From an uncultured virus (IMG/VR IMGVR_UViG_3300005239_000276) (lineage: Duplodnaviria; Heunggongvirae; Uroviricota; Caudoviricetes): a stretch of 20,000 bases of DNA. Under the pieces are notes generated by a model that saw only the letters and a program-made list of their open reading frames with translations, did not search any database and was not told where the DNA came from. The stretch is from IMG/VR virus record IMGVR_UViG_3300005239_000276; one strand, written 5' to 3'. The translations under genes and the position numbers were made by a program. Below are positions 17,334-20,000 of the stretch, one piece after another (the first letter of the stretch is position 1; each line of letters begins with the position of its first letter).

Positions 17334-18939
17334 TCATTTCCAAGAGCAAAGTTATAGAATTACCAGATTGAACATTTGGAGTATCTGTAATATAAACTGT
17401 AGAAACTTCTCCTAAGATTTTAAATCCTGTAGATTTAATATTATATCCTTGAGGTTTTACATTAAAACGGTTTCCAAAACATAACTCATATTGAGAAGTT
17501 TTGTTTATTACTACCTGCAAATCTCTACGAATAGTAACTTTTGTAATATTTGATGTAATAGCAGTATCTGTATTATCAATAACTTGTTGTATTTTACTGT
17601 ATTTAAATCTCCCTCCAAATCTATTTAATTCATCAGATTCTGAATATTTTTGAATAGAATTGATTACAGAACTTTTAAGTGATTCTGGATTAGATGTTTG
17701 TGAAAAATTATAATATATGGAACTATTAAGTTCAACATATAAAATCTTAAGATCAACTATTTTTTGATTTATTCCAGAAACTGAATATTGCTTTAATTTT
17801 GAAAGAATTTCACTTTTATTAAAGTCTGATATAAAACTTCCATTTTTTGGTTTAATACTAATCTGAACCGTACCAAATTCTGGTGGATCTAATTCTTGAC
17901 CACCAACAACAGAAACCGATTCTGTATCAGGATATATTCTTTTGATTATTGTTTCATAATCTCTAGATGTTACTGCTCTAGATTGTGCAGAATATAATTT
18001 AGGTGCATAATATTTTATAGAATCAATCGGTTCTATATTACTACCATTAAATGAAGATTGAACTGTTTGAACAATAATTGGTCCGGGACTAATAACATTC
18101 TGATTGGAATCCTCTATAGATCCTGTAAATGAAAAATTGGAAGCACCATTACCTTCTATTCCATCAGTAGTAATGTAAGTTGCATTAATTAAAGTTCCAT
18201 CAGATCCTACACTATCTCCAAGTTTTTTTCCTATAATTCCATCTCCAAATTTTAATTCATATTTTTCATCTTGAACTTCATTGACAAAGTATATTCTTGA
18301 ATTTTTATTAACATTAAAAATATCTTCTGAAGGATAATATTCAATTCCAAATCCAGAATTAGAAGATTTTTTTACATAAACTCTTAATGTTGAAGTATCA
18401 ATAAACGAATTATTCAATATGAATCTTTGATCTAATGATCCGTCATATTCAAATTGCTTTAATAAAAATATTCCTTGATAGATTAAAATATTTTCAAAAG
18501 ATGCAAGACCATTAATTACATTTACCGTTATATCTTCTGGTATTGCAAAATTAAATCTGGAAGTATTGTTTTCATCTATTGATAAACCTGAACATACAAG
18601 ACCTGCTTTAAGAGTAAGTATAGGGCTATCTGAGGTTGTTGTTACATTAAAGGATATTCTTGCTGTTGAAGCAGTTCTAGAACGTGGTAAATATCCTATA
18701 TTTCCAGCAAGAGATACAACATTTTCACGAAGAGTTGCAGAATCCAAAAAGGATTCATTCACAATCATATTAGAGTTAAATGCTGTAATATAAGTATTAT
18801 ATGCTAATGTATCAATTAAAATAGAAAAATTAGATCCTTCAAAATCAAAATCCGTAAATGTAGAGTTAGCACGGAGATAATCTTTGATTGATGTTTTTAT
18901 CTGATCAAAATCTAGATTCGTATATTTTGTAAAAGGCAT
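17284..18939 (-). CDS. gp6: Baseplate wedge subunit gp6-like (the true gene probably spans 16974..18939, about 655 aa, with a frameshift near 17333-17350)
   Basis: Motifs LDFDQIKTSIKDYL, FTDFDFEGSNFSILIDTLAYNT, ESFLDSATLRENVVSLA..IGY.PRS, YELKFGDG..GK and AQSRAVTSRDY. The last ~23 residues of the ORF as called are out of frame. Confidence 0.92.
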   Translation of the reverse strand: MPFTKYTNLDFDQIKTSIKDYLRANSTFTDFDFEGSNFSILIDTLAYNTYITAFNSNMIVNESFLDSATLRENVVSLAGNIGYLPRSRTASTARISFNVTTTSDSPILTLKAGLVCSGLSIDENNTSRFNFAIPEDITVNVINGLASFENILIYQGIFLLKQFEYDGSLDQRFILNNSFIDTSTLRVYVKKSSNSGFGIEYYPSEDIFNVNKNSRIYFVNEVQDEKYELKFGDGIIGKKLGDSVGSDGTLINATYITTDGIEGNGASNFSFTGSIEDSNQNVISPGPIIVQTVQSSFNGSNIEPIDSIKYYAPKLYSAQSRAVTSRDYETIIKRIYPDTESVSVVGGQELDPPEFGTVQISIKPKNGSFISDFNKSEILSKLKQYSVSGINQKIVDLKILYVELNSSIYYNFSQTSNPESLKSSVINSIQKYSESDELNRFGGRFKYSKIQQVIDNTDTAITSNITKVTIRRDLQVVINKTSQYELCFGNRFNVKPQGYNIKSTGFKILGEVSTVYITDTPNVQSGNSITLLLEMISIFKYKNWNYFINKI

Positions 18940-18940
18940 T

Positions 18941-19342
18941 TTATCTTGTTGCCTCTAAGAGGAATGAAAAGTCTTGCGTCGGAAAATCTTGACCAACAAT
19001 ATCATATATTACAGATACTTGAAAAGAATTATCGTCGGGACGAGGTATAACTTCAACTTTCAAGTTATCAACTCTATCTTCAAAATTAGTAATTGCTACT
19101 TCAATTTGATCTTGAATAACAGATGCTGTGCCAAAATCAACAAAATCAAATAAACTTGATCTTACTTCAGATCCTAATAAAGAGTTAAAAAATCTTTCAG
19201 TTGTAATAGTTTCAACAAGGTTTCTTACAGATCTACGAATAGCACTTTCATTCTTTAGTATTTGTAAGTCTTTTGTTACTGGATGTGGAACAAAAGACAA
19301 ACTAATATCCTTAAATGATCGTGATATTCTCTGAATTGTCAT
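18941..19342 (-). CDS. gp25: Baseplate wedge subunit gp25-like (GPW/gp25 family, 133 aa)
   Basis: Motifs FKDISLSF..HPVTKD, AIRRSVRNLV.T...ERFF...LGS and ITNFEDRV. Size and position directly upstream of gp6 fit. Confidence 0.92.
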   Translation of the reverse strand: MTIQRISRSFKDISLSFVPHPVTKDLQILKNESAIRRSVRNLVETITTERFFNSLLGSEVRSSLFDFVDFGTASVIQDQIEVAITNFEDRVDNLKVEVIPRPDDNSFQVSVIYDIVGQDFPTQDFSFLLEATR

Positions 19343-19364
19343 TGGAAAAGAGTTTTCTTAATTT

Positions 19365-19372
19365 TATTTATA
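19365..19372 (-). promoter_or_regulatory. T4-type late promoter (TATAAATA) for gp25-gp6
   Basis: Exact gp55 late consensus in the intergenic gap, 22 nt upstream of the gp25 ATG. Confidence 0.85.
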
Positions 19373-19374
19373 CT

Positions 19375-19551
19375 CTATTCCTGAAGATTATTCTGCCCTT
19401 TCTTTAAATCATCATGCATAATCTCCTGAAGTACTTTTTCTTCTGGATCTTCGGTTTTTTTAGGTAATGACCAGTAATCTGTGGTTAAACTTGTTGTTCC
19501 CCACACTTCTTTCATGTAACTTGTATTTCTATCAACCGGTGAATTGCCCAT
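19375..19551 (-). CDS. Small hypothetical protein (58 aa); not in the ORF track
   Basis: Translates as MGNSPVDRNTSYMKEVWGTTSLTTDYWSLPKKTEDPEEKVLQEIMHDDLKKGQNNLQE*. Strong Shine-Dalgarno AGGAG 4 nt before the ATG. It fills the gap between neighbours on the coding strand, and its stop abuts the gp25 late promoter. Confidence 0.8.
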   Translation of the reverse strand: MGNSPVDRNTSYMKEVWGTTSLTTDYWSLPKKTEDPEEKVLQEIMHDDLKKGQNNLQE

Positions 19552-19556
19552 TTTGC

Positions 19557-19577
19557 TCCTGATTAGTGAAATCAGAA
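19557..19577 (-). promoter_or_regulatory. RNA hairpin sequestering the Shine-Dalgarno of the 58-aa ORF
   Basis: Minus strand reads UUCUGAUU-UCACU-AAUCAGGA: an 8-bp stem with one G-U pair and a 5-nt loop. The 3' arm contains AGGA of the AGGAG ribosome-binding site. Confidence 0.55.
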
Positions 19578-19584
19578 CTTTTTG

Positions 19585-19610
19585 AGGGGTTACTATCCCT
19601 ATTTTTATTT
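19585..19610 (+). terminator. Possible intrinsic terminator in antisense (+) orientation
   Basis: Plus strand reads AGGGGU-UACU-AUCCCU (6-bp stem, one G-U pair) followed by AUUUUUAUUU. On the minus strand the stem has an A-C mismatch and no U-tract. Confidence 0.3.
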
Positions 19611-20000
19611 ATTTTCATCTTCTTCAGATGAAGTTTCACGTTCCTGTGCAGTCTTCCAGAAATATTCGTCCTCACGTCCCATTCCAAGTCTTTCAAATCC
19701 ATTCTCAACTTGATAATATTGTGTCGAAACCTTAAAATCAGGCATTTTGGGTTCTGCAGGTGTTAAACTATTGTCAAAAATACGTAATCTGTTGTTTGGA
19801 TACAGTGCATACTGCCCATTCTCAAGTTCAATTAGGTTATGAGACTTGTGTTCTGCAGGATTCTCACTGGTTGCCCAATCAACATAGTCCGGATCATGAT
19901 GATAGTTGTCAATAGTGCATACATAGGTGCCTTTTACATTACCAAAGTCCCGTGTATAGCATTCAAAGTCCATTGAACCAATAAATTTCTTTCCACCGAG
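19605..20000 (-). CDS. Hypothetical protein resembling a conserved T4-like cyanophage family; 5' end outside the window
   Basis: The frame stays open from the called ATG (19973) to the window edge, so that Met is probably internal. Motifs CTIDNYH, ENPAEHKSHN, GQYALYPNNRLR and PDFKVST resemble, from memory, a hypothetical found upstream of gp25 in cyanomyoviruses. Confidence 0.75.
   Translation of the reverse strand, partial: LGGKKFIGSMDFECYTRDFGNVKGTYVCTIDNYHHDPDYVDWATSENPAEHKSHNLIELENGQYALYPNNRLRIFDNSLTPAEPKMPDFKVSTQYYQVENGFERLGMGREDEYFWKTAQERETSSEEDENK
19606..19612 (-). promoter_or_regulatory. Probable late promoter (ATAAATA core) for the 58-aa ORF
   Basis: aATAAATA overlaps the stop of the upstream gene, 54 nt before the ATG at 19551. 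Confidence 0.55.

Noticed and set aside
210..19334. All plus-strand ORFs in the track (62-106 aa)
   Set aside because: Each lies fully antisense to a long, motif-supported minus-strand gene, is short, often starts at TTG or GTG, and has no recognisable motifs. They are shadow ORFs.
16974..19342. Type VI secretion or extracellular contractile injection system (gp25/TssE and gp6/TssF-like homology)
   Set aside because: The gp25-gp6-gp7-gp8 order, T4 late promoters and cyanophage-type sequences indicate a myovirus baseplate.
19971..19973. ATG 19973 as the true start of the right-hand gene
   Set aside because: The frame is open upstream to the window edge and there is no clear SD, so this is probably an internal Met.
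1..20000. CRISPR array, DGR template/variable repeat pair, tandem DNA repeats, tRNAs or invertible segments
   Set aside because: None was visible by eye. The repeats are seen only at the protein level, non-coding space is under about 55 nt per gap, and no reverse transcriptase or recombinase is present. A nucleotide self dot-plot would be needed to fully exclude short diverged repeats.

Overview
The window is an AT-rich (about 22-27% G+C in the structural-gene lines counted by hand) segment of a T4-like myovirus with cyanophage-type (Kyanoviridae-like) gene order. All credible genes are on the minus strand. In transcription order they are: a conserved hypothetical gene (5' end outside the window), a 58-aa ORF missed by the ORF track, baseplate wedge gp25, gp6, a very large repeat-rich gp7, gp8, and a DUF4815/VrlC-like virion protein that runs off the left edge. 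T4 late-promoter boxes ((T)ATAAATA) precede most genes, and two lie inside the 3' ends of the upstream coding regions. gp6 and gp7 each appear split by frameshifts that restoring single missing bases would repair. These are most likely sequencing or assembly indels, although recoding cannot be excluded from sequence alone. This is a core virion-structure region and I see no convincing novel system. The most interesting details are the frameshifts, a two-hairpin element covering the ribosome-binding site of the small ORF, the embedded late promoters, and the modular gp7 with a split, degenerate YHYH-like domain. Family assignments are from motif recognition and synteny, not database searches.
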